A stretch of 62,377 nt of DNA, filler included, from Nemertoderma westbladi (taxonomy: Eukaryota; Animalia; Xenacoelomorpha), in assembly GCA_032718475.1 (NCBI GenBank). It is 3 parts of 3 records of this genome, joined end to end, with 100 filler letters (N's around TTAATTAATTAA, not from the genome) between each part and the next. Parts side by side here need not be neighbours in the genome. Positions count along the whole stretch, not along the records: positions 22,102 to 50,824 come from JAUCBJ010003004.1; 2 more parts are not named here. One strand, written 5' to 3'. Each line of letters begins with the position of its first letter. The first letter of the stretch is position 1. The position numbers and the translations under genes were made by a program. This document shows, piece after piece, positions 22,102 to 34,877 of the stretch. The notes below the pieces were generated by a model. It did no database searches. It saw nothing but the letters and a program-made list of their open reading frames with translations, and was not told the DNA's origin.

Positions 22102-24140
22102 TACACAATATTCTGGAACACTTTGTTTATCTCATAAGTAGCTGGGCAACAATCCAATCCTTATACACCATGTCCTGGAATATAGTATCGTTTTACGTCG
22201 CCACGCCTCTTTGGCCCCGCCCCAATCACTGGCGCCTCCAGCCGAGGGTGCAGTCTGCCCTGTGGCGGGAGTGGCAGTGGGCGCAAGTGGCGGAAGGTGT
22301 CGTAGCCGCCCACTCGTCCCCAGCCCAGTCCTGACCGAATCCCGCAGTCGGTTGGGTCTTCATATCGGCGTGGTTCCCCTCAATCCGGAGCCGTCCACGA
22401 ATCCGAGTCCGCGCCAGGAACGCCGTCCACCTCGAAGACAGAGGGAGCTTGATCGCAGGAGGGCAAATCCCAGCCTCCGAATGCACAATGTTCTAGAACA
22501 TTTTATTTATCTCATAAGTAGCTTGGCAACAATGCAATGCGTACATGATAATACTAGTATATGGATATTACTACATAACCAAATTGTTCTAGAACATTGT
22601 GTATTTATTTAATATAATAAATTCGCAAGCAAATAAATACATGCAACATTCGAATGCCCATATCTCAGCTATTTCCCAACCAAATTCAAATATTTTTACA
22701 AATTTGGAATCCTTGCAATCCTTGCAATACAAAATCCTAAGTATATTATACATAACAAAGTTCACTTGTTTTAGTACAGTCCAATACGGGGAACTACAGT
22801 GTTAAGTGGGGGGCTATGCAAGTTAATTCTTCAGCCTCAGAATGAATCCTACGCTCGTGGTTAGTAAACCTTTTAGAACATGTAATATTTTAATATATGT
22901 TAAATATTTGATATAGTATAATAATATAGTATTTAATATAATATATAATATTTAATATAGTATAATAATATAGTATTTAATATAATATAGTATAATATAG
23001 TATTTAGTATAATATATAATATTTAATATAGGCACATTGTAACAAGTTACTTTGTATTATATGTAATATATGTCCCCTCTCTATTGATTATCATGTCGGG
23101 AAACCAGCATGACTAACTACTGTACTGTTGGTAAAGCTCTTCTGAACTAACTGTGTAATGTTAAGTAAACTTAATCAATGAAACATGACAGTGATGCTGA
23201 GGCTCTGATAACTACAATTCTGACTGAACTCATATACTCATAATATATAATATATTTAGTCAGGTCGCTTAACAAGTTAACGTGGACGTTCTGGAAAAAC
23301 TTCCCATAATTGGCATTTGTGTAGGTAATTAGCATACCTTTAAATTTTTAAGGGGAACCAACTTTGCAACATTATTTATCGGTCCCATGTTACCATGACA
23401 ACAGGAGGTCATTTACAAAAGTCCACTTTCCAATAATGCTACAGTCTTCTAACCTTGACCTACCCCCCACATATCAGCATCAGAGATTCCATTGACGTCA
23501 TTTGTAAAACCCGGTAACCATGGCAACTGTTTCAAAAACGACTTTCAAACGCCGATTTTCAGTAAATATCCGAAAAATATAAAACCATTGATTAATAAAT
23601 GCTACACATTTGTAATAATCATCTAACATTATAAATATATTATCCCTGAGACCCTCTTGATTTCTAGTGTAGTGGACCAATTTAAATGGACCTGTGGTAG
23701 TCCTGTAACCATGGTCACAAGTCACTAAATATATTCTGCCAAATTTAATATAGTTCCGAACTATCTAAAAAAAATCAATTTAGGATCTAGTGTCTTAGAT
23801 ATTACCAAGTCCAGACAATTACTTTCCGACCATTCAAGTTTGCCTCTGTTGCCATGGTAACCGTTAACATTTGGAATGTGGACAAAATATTGATAATAAC
23901 ATGTTCAGTTTACTTCAACTTTGATCATATGCACATACCTTAGTTCCTCATTACATAGTAGAGGTTTACTCTCCTAAAACCTCTAGCACAGTCAATATAG
24001 TTACCATAGCAACGGGTATGTTTCAGTATTTATGCACTTCCGCTTTCTTATTTTTTCTTATTTTCATATTTAGAAGGTAATAATTTTCTTGATTTGAAAA
24101 ATATATATCTGGGGTCTATCATAGCTATTTTTTAAATGTA

Positions 24141-24677
24141 CTACTTGGATCGACATGCTGCATTGCAGCTGCATTTTTAAGAATGCTGTGCCGGCTTATC
24201 GACAAAATTGCACCGCCACAACTCCCTATCACCCATGACATTTGCTAGATCATCCGCATCTTCAAGGCCAGTGTCCTTTAAGATGCGTCTCAAGAAAGTC
24301 ATGGGCTGTCCACCATGCTTATTCACTCCATGAGGCTACCAACGTACAAGATTATGCACTGGCTGGTCCTCACGGCGAAAGCAATGTCCTGCAAAGCGAT
24401 TTTGTTCTAGTGTCAAGTTTGGGGGAACCAATGAGATACCTCCAATGTTATATAGTGTCTGGTTGGAGATGTGTGCATTGTACTTGACACAATGAACCCG
24501 GCGTAGCATTCTTGTGAATGTGCCATCCAGAGATTTGGTGTCCTCAGCAGTTAGAGCCCAGCATGGACTCCCATAGAGGAGTACTGGAACTACTGCTGCT
24601 CTAAATAATCGGACCTTAAGTTTCCGATTAATTCTCGGTGACTTTCAAATCTTGGAAAGCCTATTAAAGGTTGCCCA
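24141..24677 (-). mobile_element. RTE-like LINE 3' fragment, copy 2, inserted in the left Academ TIR
   Basis: Homologous to 17172-17450 and absent from the mirror position in the right TIR (~26070). Confidence 0.85.
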
Positions 24678-25139
24678 AAATAATTACTCATGAACATAGC
24701 AACGGGAGATTTCCCTCTTTTGCACTAATTGCTAGGTGGAATTTCTCCAAATTTTGTGAAATATGAACACTGAAGTATAGAGAAACATATTATGGACAAA
24801 AATTTCAAAATTAATTTATGTTTACTTAACTATACTTGCATAGCAACATAGGTTTTCCATAGCAACCATAAACGTTTTTCATGGTATTCTAAGCAAAAAC
24901 ATGTTTCCTGCATCAGTATGATGCTTTCCGTAGCAACGACGGGTTTTGCATAGCAACGTTAAGTTTTACATAGTAACGACGAATTTACCATAGCAACCTG
25001 GAACACATCTTAGCAACGGAGCGTTTTTGACAGAAATAACAAGTTTTTTTCTTAGAGTGTTGCATATGGGAGGCAATACATCCTTAGCATCAGCGATTTT
25101 TGCATAGCTACGAGGAATTTTGCCATTTTGATATTAGTC

Positions 25140-25553
25140 AAGTATTGGAAAGGTTCAAGGTTGTACTTTATGATAAGACCAGTGAATTACAACGTGAACG
25201 AATTAATGAAGGTCCACTTTTGCCAAAAGAATAGAACATTAGAGACTATACCTCCAACCCAGGATGCGCTGATGCAACATATAAAGCTAACTGCCTACCA
25301 GGCAGGAATATGGTGTACCAGCGATAAGAGTGACCAATGGGTACCAGCGCGAGATAGCTTTGGATGGTCACTTGATGATGAAACACAATCTTGGAATCCT
25401 GTCTGGAATATACTTCCAATTGCTTCCATAGCATACAAGGAATTATTGAAGTGTGCTTGCAAGAGTAAGAAAGGATGTGGCACAAGATGAGCTTGCAACA
25501 TTGCAAATTGGAAGTGTACAGAACTTTGCAAATGTCAATGCGAAAAACTTTAA
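25140..25553 (+). pseudogene. Academ-type transposase C-terminal fragment
   Basis: IPPTQDALMQHIKLTAYQAGIW...FGW...PVW...LLKCACKSKKGCGTR*ACNIANWKCTELCKCQC. Confidence 0.82.
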
Positions 25554-26738
25554 TAGATTTATTAATTGTTATCTAGCTATATAAACACTATGTTGCTTTG
25601 ATAAATTCCAATAAATACTACCAAATCAGAGCCAAATTCCTCGTAGCTATGCAAAAATCGCTGTTGCTAAGGATGTATTGCCTCTCATATGTAACACTCT
25701 AAGAAAACACTTGTTATTGCTGTTAAAAACGCTCCGTTGCTAAGATATATTCCAAGTTTCTATGGTAAATTCGTCGTTGCTATGTAAAACTTACCGTTGC
25801 TATGAAAAACCCGCCGTTACTATGGAAAGCATTATACTCATGCAGGAAACTTGTTTTTGCTTAGAATACCATGAAAAATTTTATGGTTGCTATGGAAAAC
25901 CTATGTTGCTATGCAAGTATAGTAAGTTAACATAAATTAATTTTGAAATTTTTGTCCATAATATGTTTCTCTATACTTCAGTGTTCATATTTCACAAAAT
26001 TTGGAGAAATTCCACCTAGCAATTAGTGTTTAAGAGGGAAATCTCCCGCTGCTATGGTCATGAGTAATTATTTACATATAAAAATAGCTATGATAGACCC
26101 CAGATATATATTTTTCAAATCAAAAAAGTTATTACCTTCTAAATATGAAAATATTAAAAAATAAGAAAGCGGAAGTGCATAAATAATGAAACATACCCGT
26201 TGCTATGGTAACTATATTAACTGCGCTAGAGGTTATAGACCTCTACTGCGTAATGAGGAACTAACATATGTGCATATGAGCAAAGTTGAAGTAAACTGAA
26301 CATGTTTTTTTTAATATTTTGTCCACATTCCGAATGTTATCGGTTACCATGGTAACAGAGACAAACTTGAATGGTCGGAAAGTAATTGTCTGGACTTGGC
26401 AACATCTAAGACACTAGATCCAAAATTGAATTTTTTTTTAGATAGTTCGGAATTATATTAAATTTGGCAGAATATATTTAGTGACTTGTGACCATGGTTA
26501 CAGGAGTACCACAGGTATATTTAAATCGTTCCACTTCTAGAAATCAAGAGGGTCTCAGGGATAATATATTTGTAATGTTAGATGATTTTTCCAAATGTGT
26601 AACAATTAATTATTAATCAACGGTTTTATTGGTTTGTCAATGGTTTGAAACTCGTTTTTGAAACAGTTCCCATGGCAACCGGGTTTTTACAATGACGTCA
26701 ATGGAATCTCTGATGCTGATATATGAGGGGTTGATCAA

Positions 26739-28147
26739 TAGGGCGGTGCGTTTTTTACTTTTTTTCGATTTCATTGTTCTACCGGTGCACAAAAGTTGCC
26801 AAATGGTAAAAAAATAAGGCAAAAGAAATTTCTTTAAATTTCGTCTATGTCTTCACGGATCCCAAGAGGGTTGAAATTTTGTGCCATCGCGATGCACCAT
26901 AATGAAATTTATAACAATATAACACATTGATGAAAGATCAATGACTCAAAAAAGAACTTCCTGGATGCATCAAATGTCATCAAATAGGTCCAAACTTAGT
27001 TAGATACCAAAATTTTAATTTTTGGATCAAGGGAAGTTGTGCCACAGGCACATGACCAGAACCTACTCTTTGGCGCAAGTGATGATTATTCTCAATTTTG
27101 GTGATGGACAACTTTTAGTTCTCCTATGGCATTATTATTATGCTCATTAGAACCGCAATGACCGACTTAGTGGGGGTAGACACCATCAAAACAAGCATAG
27201 AGCGAATATTTCTTGAGATATTACAGAAAATGTTAAGTACGGCACATGTCAACATTACCGGCTTGATGATTTATAGACAAATACACAAAAATGTTAATTC
27301 TAATTATCTTAAGGCATCAAAAATATAAACATCACTGCAACAAATTGATTTAGTGTATACAGAGACCTTCAAAATTAAAGATTAGTGATTAATTCAGTAT
27401 AGGTTTTGTAAAAAATGTGTGGAATGGGTCAACTCAATATCAAGTAGTAATTGGTGGACATAGTCTTGACATTTTGTAAAATAACTCAAGAACTAATGAC
27501 TCTACTCTTATTTTGAAGGTGTCTTCACCCACTATATCGATCATTTCTGTGATGTGTCTATTTTTTGATTCCTTGAGATAATTCAAAATATCATTTATTA
27601 TGTATTTGTCCATATCACATCAAGGCGGTAATGTAGACTTGTGCCGTACTTCACATTTTCTGCGATATCTCAAGAATTATTCGCTCGACGTTTGTTTTGA
27701 ACGTGTCTACCCCCACTAAATCGGCCATTGCGGTTCTAATGAGCATAATATAAATGCAGTAGGAGAACTCAAAGTTGGCCATCGCGAAAATTGAGAATAA
27801 TCATCGCTTGCGCCAAATGGTAGGTTCTGGCCATGTGCCTGTGGCACTAGTTCCCTTGACCCAAAAGTTAAAATTTTGGTATGTAATTAAGTTTGGACCC
27901 ATTTGATGACATTTGATGCATGCAGGAAGTTCTTTTTTGAGTCATTGATCTTTCATCAATGTGTTATATTGTTATACATTTCATTATGGTGCATCGCGAT
28001 GGCACAAAATTTCAACCCTCTTGGGATCCGTGAAGATATAGATGAAATTTAAAGAAATTTTTTTTGCCTTATTTTTTTACCATTTGGCAACTTTTGTGCA
28101 CCGGTAGAACAATGAAATCGAAAAAAAGTAAAAAACGCACCGCCCTA
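26739..28147. mobile_element. Palindromic non-autonomous hAT (hATm-like) element inserted in the right Academ TIR
   Basis: Termini TAGGGCGGTGCG / CGCACCGCCCTA, 8-bp TSD TTGATCAA (26731-26738, 28148-28155), arms inverted over ~650 bp. Confidence 0.92.
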
Positions 28148-28744
28148 TTGATCAAGGTTAGAAGACTGTAGCTTTATTGGAAAGTGGACTATTGTAAATG
28201 ACCTCCTGTTGTCATGGTAATATGGGACCGATAAATCATGTTGCAAAGTTGGTTCCCCTTAAAAAAGGAAAGGTATGCTAATTACCTATACCTATGCCAA
28301 TTATGGGAAGTTTGTCCAGAACGTCCACATTAACCTTATTTTTGAGGTTAAGCGACCTGACTAATATTATTTGTGGAGACACCACTGTTACAGACGCGTA
28401 TACATATACACGTTCGTGGGGCCTTCGCGCAGCACGAGGCACAGTTATGAGATACAAATTATATATTTTAGGCGTGGATGCACCCAATTTGTAAGAAATA
28501 TTAAAACTTACCTTATGCCGATATTATTGATACTGAAATATTACTTTACAACGTCAACACCCCAACAAAATTATTTAGCCAATTATTCTAAGAATCTATG
28601 AATTCTAAAGAATCAGGATTAAATATCTGTCTCAGTTAAATACTGCAACCAAATATCGAACGTTTGGCGCATCAAATTTTAGTGGAGATGTACGGTGGCT
28701 GATTGCGGCCAATTATTTCAATTTTATAAATTATAAATTATAAA

Positions 28745-29140
28745 TTTTATCACCCGGGTGAAAAACATTTATCACCAATGTGAAAAACATTTATCACCCG
28801 GGTGAAAAACATTTATCACCAATGTGAAAAACATTTATCACCCGGGTGAAAAACATGTGTCAGAACTCTGAACACATGTAGTTAGTTTCCTTATAAATAA
28901 TATCGAAAGCTCATTTTGATCCAGATTCACTCTTGGCGAATTAATATCTCGAACATTAATTAAGGGAGAGGATCAGGTTACAGTGGCATTCTAACCAAAA
29001 CAAAAAAAGGAAAGTCATTAGGTAAACATTTAAATGTTTTTCACCCGGGCGATAAATGTTTTTCACCCGGGTGATAAATGTTTTTAACCCGGGTGATAAA
29101 TGTTTTTAACCCGGGTGATAAATGTTTTTAACCTGTGTTT
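28745..29140. repeat. Small foldback-like element: 22-bp tandem units (AAAACATTTATCACCCGGGTGA) in two inverted arrays
   Basis: Forward array ~28745-28855, reverse-complement array ~29030-29135. Confidence 0.8.
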
Positions 29141-29845
29141 AAATTTTTTTTCTCCCACAGCGCACAGCATGGGTAAACAAAGTTAGTAGAAATCCAACAC
29201 GAACGCAATAGAATGACTGTGATACCACCACATCGGTATGTACAATTAATATGTTTTTAACTGGTGTTCCCCTCAATTCACTTTATTATTCTGCACTATT
29301 CTTAGGCAAATAAATTCTCAGTACACGCTCTCCATAGTTCACAGTTCTAATCTGTTTGCCTTTTGATCAAATCCTTTGGATGTATTCTGATACAAAAGGC
29401 ATGACGTCATACAAAAGTCGGGCGAATTCTTCATTACTTATAATTTGGCTTAATTAGTTTATCTCCCATTTACATTAATGTTCGTCGTCATTTAATAATA
29501 AAATGTTTTGTGTGGTAATATATATAATATAATGTAATATATAATAATGTAGCATATAATTTATTTATAATTCCTCACCACAAGTAATAACTATTCACGG
29601 CTTTATTGTGAATCAAGTACGCCAAGTACGTGATAGACAACATTACGATTCAATGTGAATTTGTTTTATCATCTCGCGATTGAAACAAAATAAATGAGTG
29701 TTGTAATGATGAGTAAACGCTTTTAAATACAACTTAAACAACACCAAGTTATTACTGCAGATCTTTGACTATTAGCCAGCCATATTGAAGTTAAAATATA
29801 TTTTTTCATTTTTGGATTTTTAACTGTACTGTACTTTTATACTAG

Positions 29846-32800
29846 TAGTCCATGGGCCAGCCAGCATAGGGGATACTTTTTGGTGTAACCATCTGGAACT
29901 TATATTTTTGGGAAGACCTAGCTTCTGGCCATTCATTTTCATATGATAACAAATCTGAATCGGTAGCTGACTTGGTGTTATCACCGGTTGTCATGGAAAT
30001 GGTAAAACAACAAACATGCTGTAGTATTCTAATTACTCAATATAAATTTATCGCATCTTTTGAAAAAGTTAGCTACTGGTCTAACAATTCTAAATGTGAC
30101 ATAAAATTCTGGAATATAATTATTGTTACCATGGGAACGCTGCTAAATGAAAACTGACAAGTTTTAGAAAAATAGCTACAATTCTAGAACAATATCATTA
30201 TTTTAAAAACAAATTGCTACATTTTATTGAATATTCGTTTTGGAAAATTTTGGTATACTGAGAGCTAAACCTGTTTTGTTATAACGGTGATATATGGTTC
30301 CAAAGATATACCCATGTTTGAAATATTTTTATTTTTCATCAATTTAATCTCATTCCACTCTGTTTCAAAATAATGACTTTAACATAATATTTATGTCAAT
30401 AAAAAACAATCAAGATGTGACTACAAATCACTTTAAAATGACAAGTGACATCTAAATGGCATTTCAGACAACACTCCTTCACAGGTTACCATGACTACCA
30501 ATACAGATGCAATTGAAGATGACTCCGATATGATAGAGTACAAACAAATGACTTGACACCTACCACAAAAGAGAGGTTAGTTCTTTTAGTATATTCACTT
30601 CAATTTATATATTTATCATAATTGTTCCTAGATGATTTCTGTAAAGATGATTCCTTCGATAATGACCTTTTTGAATACTAAATCCTCTTTATTTAATCCT
30701 ACTGGGCCGGGGGCATTTCCTAAAATTTAATGGGTTATCCAAACGAGCAAACGCCATTTACATGGTCATGTTAGTTTTCGTGCTGTGCTCCCTTTCTGGC
30801 ACCCATCTCCAGTACTTTCGTACAAAGATTTTCAATAGTTTTCATAATTCACTAAAATTAATTTATTTGCGATATATAGCGGTTTTTTTGTATGCTGAAA
30901 GCGATTACATGTATAGAACTGGAATATTACATTCGTGAAATTTTTGGTAATTTTTAAAGTGTCACCTGGGGTAAGAATAAAACAAGTAGTGCTAATATGT
31001 TAGTCAAAAATCACGTCAACAGCTTCAGTTCATTAAAATTTCGCCTCCTTTCTCTACATGACTTGAATTTGCACAACTCAATGCAATGCAATGACGTTGA
31101 TGTTTGTTTTGTAGGCAGATACAGAGTGAGTACAAAACAAAGACTCAACACCCAATTATAAAGACCTGCATAATCATCTAACATGTGTTAACTTTCGTTT
31201 ATTGTTTTGGTTCCCCCAACACGCCTCAGTAAGTGCTCCTTTACTAACCTGCTCCTTTAAATAGCAATGGGACTCATCGCTCTTATGGACCTAGCGCGAC
31301 TTCACCTCTTTGTTTTGTACAGAACAGGCAGAAAAGTCTTGGGTCTTTGTTTTGTACTCAACCGGCAGATACATGTTGATGGTTTACAATTGCAATACAG
31401 CAGAGATAGAGAGAGAGAGGATAGATTATGGAGCTGGTAGAACATCAGTACATCCAATCAGGTATTACCATATCCTCCTCATCTAACAGCCATCCCAGAC
31501 CTATGGGAGAAGATACATTGATGATGGGTACTAAGCTTATATACGATTGGTAGTTGGCTCGGGATAGGTGTCTCTCTTTAAACAATATTTACAAGGTGGC
31601 AGAAAGGTTGACTCGATTTCTCCATGTTTTGAACAGAAAAGACGATACCGAAGCTCGTTCACGTCATTAACTTCTGACATTAATGTAAAGCAATAAGTAT
31701 TATGCATAAGTCAGGTCTAAGATTAGCTGATATAGTGTTTATGTTACAATGCGTTATTCTACTTAGAGATCCACACTTTTGATAAACCTGGCATTTCAGG
31801 ACATTGTTTTCATCCCTGGTAATGTATTTGAGTTGGTTGAAGGTCATGATGGCATTGATTTGTGTCCATTTATTGCCGACACCCTCATTATCATCTCGAA
31901 TATGAATGTCACATACTTGATCTAGTCTTTGACGTTTGCTATTGGATACCCCCCCCCCCCCCCCCCCCCCCCCCACCATCCCTTCCTGGTGAAACCTGCC
32001 TCTGCATTGATGTCTATATATTCTTAACCTTCCAACACATGTTAATATTCATCATTGGCGAACATTGGTAACTATCAGAATCGTATCTAGAGATTTAGAA
32101 AGTTTTATATGCCAATTATATCGCAGGTGGTCAGATATTAATGACGTGAACGTGCTTCAGTATCGCCTTTTAATCTCAAAAAGTGGAGAAATCGAGTCAA
32201 CCTTGCTGCCTCCTTGTAAGTATTGTTTATACACCTATATATCCAAAGCCAACTACCAAGCGTATATTTGGAAAAAAGTTTAGTATCCATCATCAATGTA
32301 CCTTCTCCCATTATACTGTAGGTCTGTCTGTTAGATGAGGATGATATGATAATACCTGATTGGATGTATGTTCTTCCAGCTCCATTATCAATCCTCTCTC
32401 TCTCTCTCTCTGCTGTATTGAAATTGTACTACGTCATGTAAACCACTAACGTATCTGCCTACAAAATAAACTTCATTGCATTGAGTTGTACAAATTCAAG
32501 TAATGCACCAAATGGAAGGAGGCGGAATTGGAATGAACTGATGCACTTGACACCTCAGATGATGAAGGCGATTTCTATTACAGCAGTAATTGTATCACAT
32601 ACATTAACTACTCGACTAAGAATTCTCTATTTGCTCGGATCACATCATCGCATACCAATTAAGAATACGTACATACATAATTATGTATTTATTATTAAAT
32701 AAAAAGGATTTAGTATTCAAAAAAGTTATTATCGATGGAATCATCTTTGCAGAAATCATCTAGGAAAAATTATATATATATGATAAATATATAAATTGAA

Positions 32801-33555
32801 ATGAATATACTAAAAGAACTAACCTCTCTTTTGTGGTAGGTGTCAAGTCATTTAAGTTTGTGTCATATCAATCTGAGCAATCATCTTCAATTGCATCTGT
32901 AGTGGTAGTCATGGTAACCTGTGAAGAGGTGTTGTCTGAAATGCCATTTAGATGTCACTTGTCATTTTAAAGTGATTTGTAGTCACATCTTGATTGTTTT
33001 TTATTGACATAAATATTTGTTAAAGTCATTATTTTGAAACAGAGTGGAATGAGATTAAAATTGATGAAAAATAAAAATATTTCAAACATGGGTATATCTT
33101 TGGAACCATATATCACCGTTATAACAAAACAGGTTTAGCTCTCAGTATACCAAAATTTTCCAAAACTAATATTCAATAAAATGCGGTAATTTGTTTTTAA
33201 AATAATGGTATTGTTCTAGAATGGTAGCTATTTTTCTAAAACATGTCAGTTTTCATTTAGCAGCATTCCCATGGTAACAATAATTATATTCCAGAATTTT
33301 ATGTCACATTTAGAATTGTTAGACCAGTAGCTATCTTTTTCAAAAGATGCGATGAATTTATATTGAGTTATTAGAATACTACAGCATGTTTGTTGTTTTA
33401 CCATTTCCATGACAACCGGTGGTAACACCAAGTCAGCTACCGATTCAGATTTGTTATCATATCAAAATGAATGGCCAGAAGCTAGGTCTTCCCAAAAATA
33501 TAAGTTCCGGGTGGTTACCAAAAAGTATCCCCTATGTTGGCTGGCCCATGGACTA
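29846..33555 (+). mobile_element. Second non-autonomous Academ-like transposon with ~850-bp TIRs
   Basis: Termini TAGTCCATGGGCCAGCC / GGCTGGCCCATGGACTA, 3-bp TSD TAG (29843-45, 33556-58), internal transposase remnant. Confidence 0.9.
32000..32440 (+). pseudogene. Academ-type transposase fragment
   Basis: LESFICQLY...VNVLQYRLL...LLPPCKYCLYTYISKANYQAYIWKK. Confidence 0.78.
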
Positions 33556-33983
33556 TAGCTAGTGATATCACTTTTTGTTGTTTTAAATGTTCTAAAACAT
33601 TTTAGCTATTGTTTAAAAATAAAATTTATGTTCTAGAACAAATATTTTTTGTTCTAGAACAATTTTTATACTAGCTAGCCTTTGCAACAAATGTGTTTAT
33701 TTAAAATAAATTTGTTGTAGGCCTAATTTATTGCGGCAACAATAATATTATAGTGATGTAGAACATTAGCTATTTTCTCAAACTAATAAAAGCAAATTCT
33801 CGGTATTATTTCGGAATTGAGTAGATCGAATTGATCACTAAATAATAAAGTGACTAAGCAATAATCAATCAACAAATGAAAATTGTACATTACCTATACA
33901 AAATAACATGTAGTGTAATACTGGTAAAGAAATATTTATGGCATTCAATTTGACCATTGTCGGACTCTGTTTTTATTAAACAT

Positions 33984-34183
33984 GTAGCCACGGCACGGGC
34001 GGAACTATAAGAACGAAATGTAGCCACGGGCGGAACTATAAGAATAAAATGTAGCTACGGGCGGAACTATAAGCACGAAATGTAGCCATGGGCGGAACTA
34101 TAAGAACAAAACGGGTGGAACTATAAGAACAAAATGTAGCAACGGGTGGAACTATATTAACAAAATTTAGCCACTAGCGGAAC
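33984..34183. repeat. ~31-bp tandem repeat, about 6 degenerate copies
   Basis: TGTAGCCACGGGCGGAACTATAAGAACAAAA units. Confidence 0.85.
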
Positions 34184-34420
34184 GTCAATCATTTTTATTA
34201 AATTCACTAAATATTTTATAATTAAAAAAACTAGTTATATGTTCTAGGACATTAGTTTTTTGTTGATGTTCTAAAATAGTACATAATACTTTTTATTTGT
34301 TCTACAATTCTTCAACGTTGCCATAGTAACAATGATATATGTATTAAAATTGTATAGTTTTACGGAACTCTAGCCAATAAAAGTATATAGCCAAAATAAC
34401 TAGTATTTTAAAATATATTG

Positions 34421-34795
34421 AGGCACGTTTCTGCGCTGCTTTTTTATGTGTGGTATTCTGAGCTTTTTTTTAGATGTTTTTCTAACTTTTATTGAGCTTT
34501 TTTTCAAGCTTTTTTTAGCTTTTTTTAGCTTTTTTCAATCTGGTTTTGTTATGCCTTTTCTAACGTTAAAATGTTAAAAAGTTAAAATGAAGATATAATA
34601 TGAATGTTCTAGAATTAGATAATTATGATTTTCGACCCAGCTTTTTTTGACCTGTGTTTCAAGCTTTTTTTGGAGCTTTATTCTATACCATAGGTTTTAA
34701 CATTCCAAAATTCTCAGATGTATCTTGAAGCAATGTGTTTTAACTAAAAAAAGCTTGAACTAAAGCTCAATAAATAGCAGCGTGGAAATGGGCCT
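34421..34795. mobile_element. PIF/Harbinger-like MITE
   Basis: Imperfect TIRs AGGCACGTTTCTGCGCTGCT / AGCAGCGTGGAAATGGGCCT, with internal AGCTTTTT repeats. Confidence 0.55.
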
Positions 34796-34877
34796 ATAAC
34801 CACATATTATTGGGTAATATTTTATGTGTTAATAATATTTCCCTAATATTATTTATGTTCACGACGTACTGTAACAA

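Larger units (their letters stand above)
23257..28363 (+). mobile_element. Non-autonomous Academ-like DNA transposon with ~1.3-kb TIRs and a short transposase remnant
   Basis: Termini TAGTCAGGTCGCTTAAC / GTTAAGCGACCTGACTA. Arms are inverted copies up to ~25135 and from ~25615. Flanks ATATT/ATATT (TSD length ambiguous). Confidence 0.88.

Noticed and set aside
29972-33431. Duplicated 61-aa genes (29972 + and 33246 -)
   Set aside because: Mirror ORFs inside the Academ TIRs with no coding signal.
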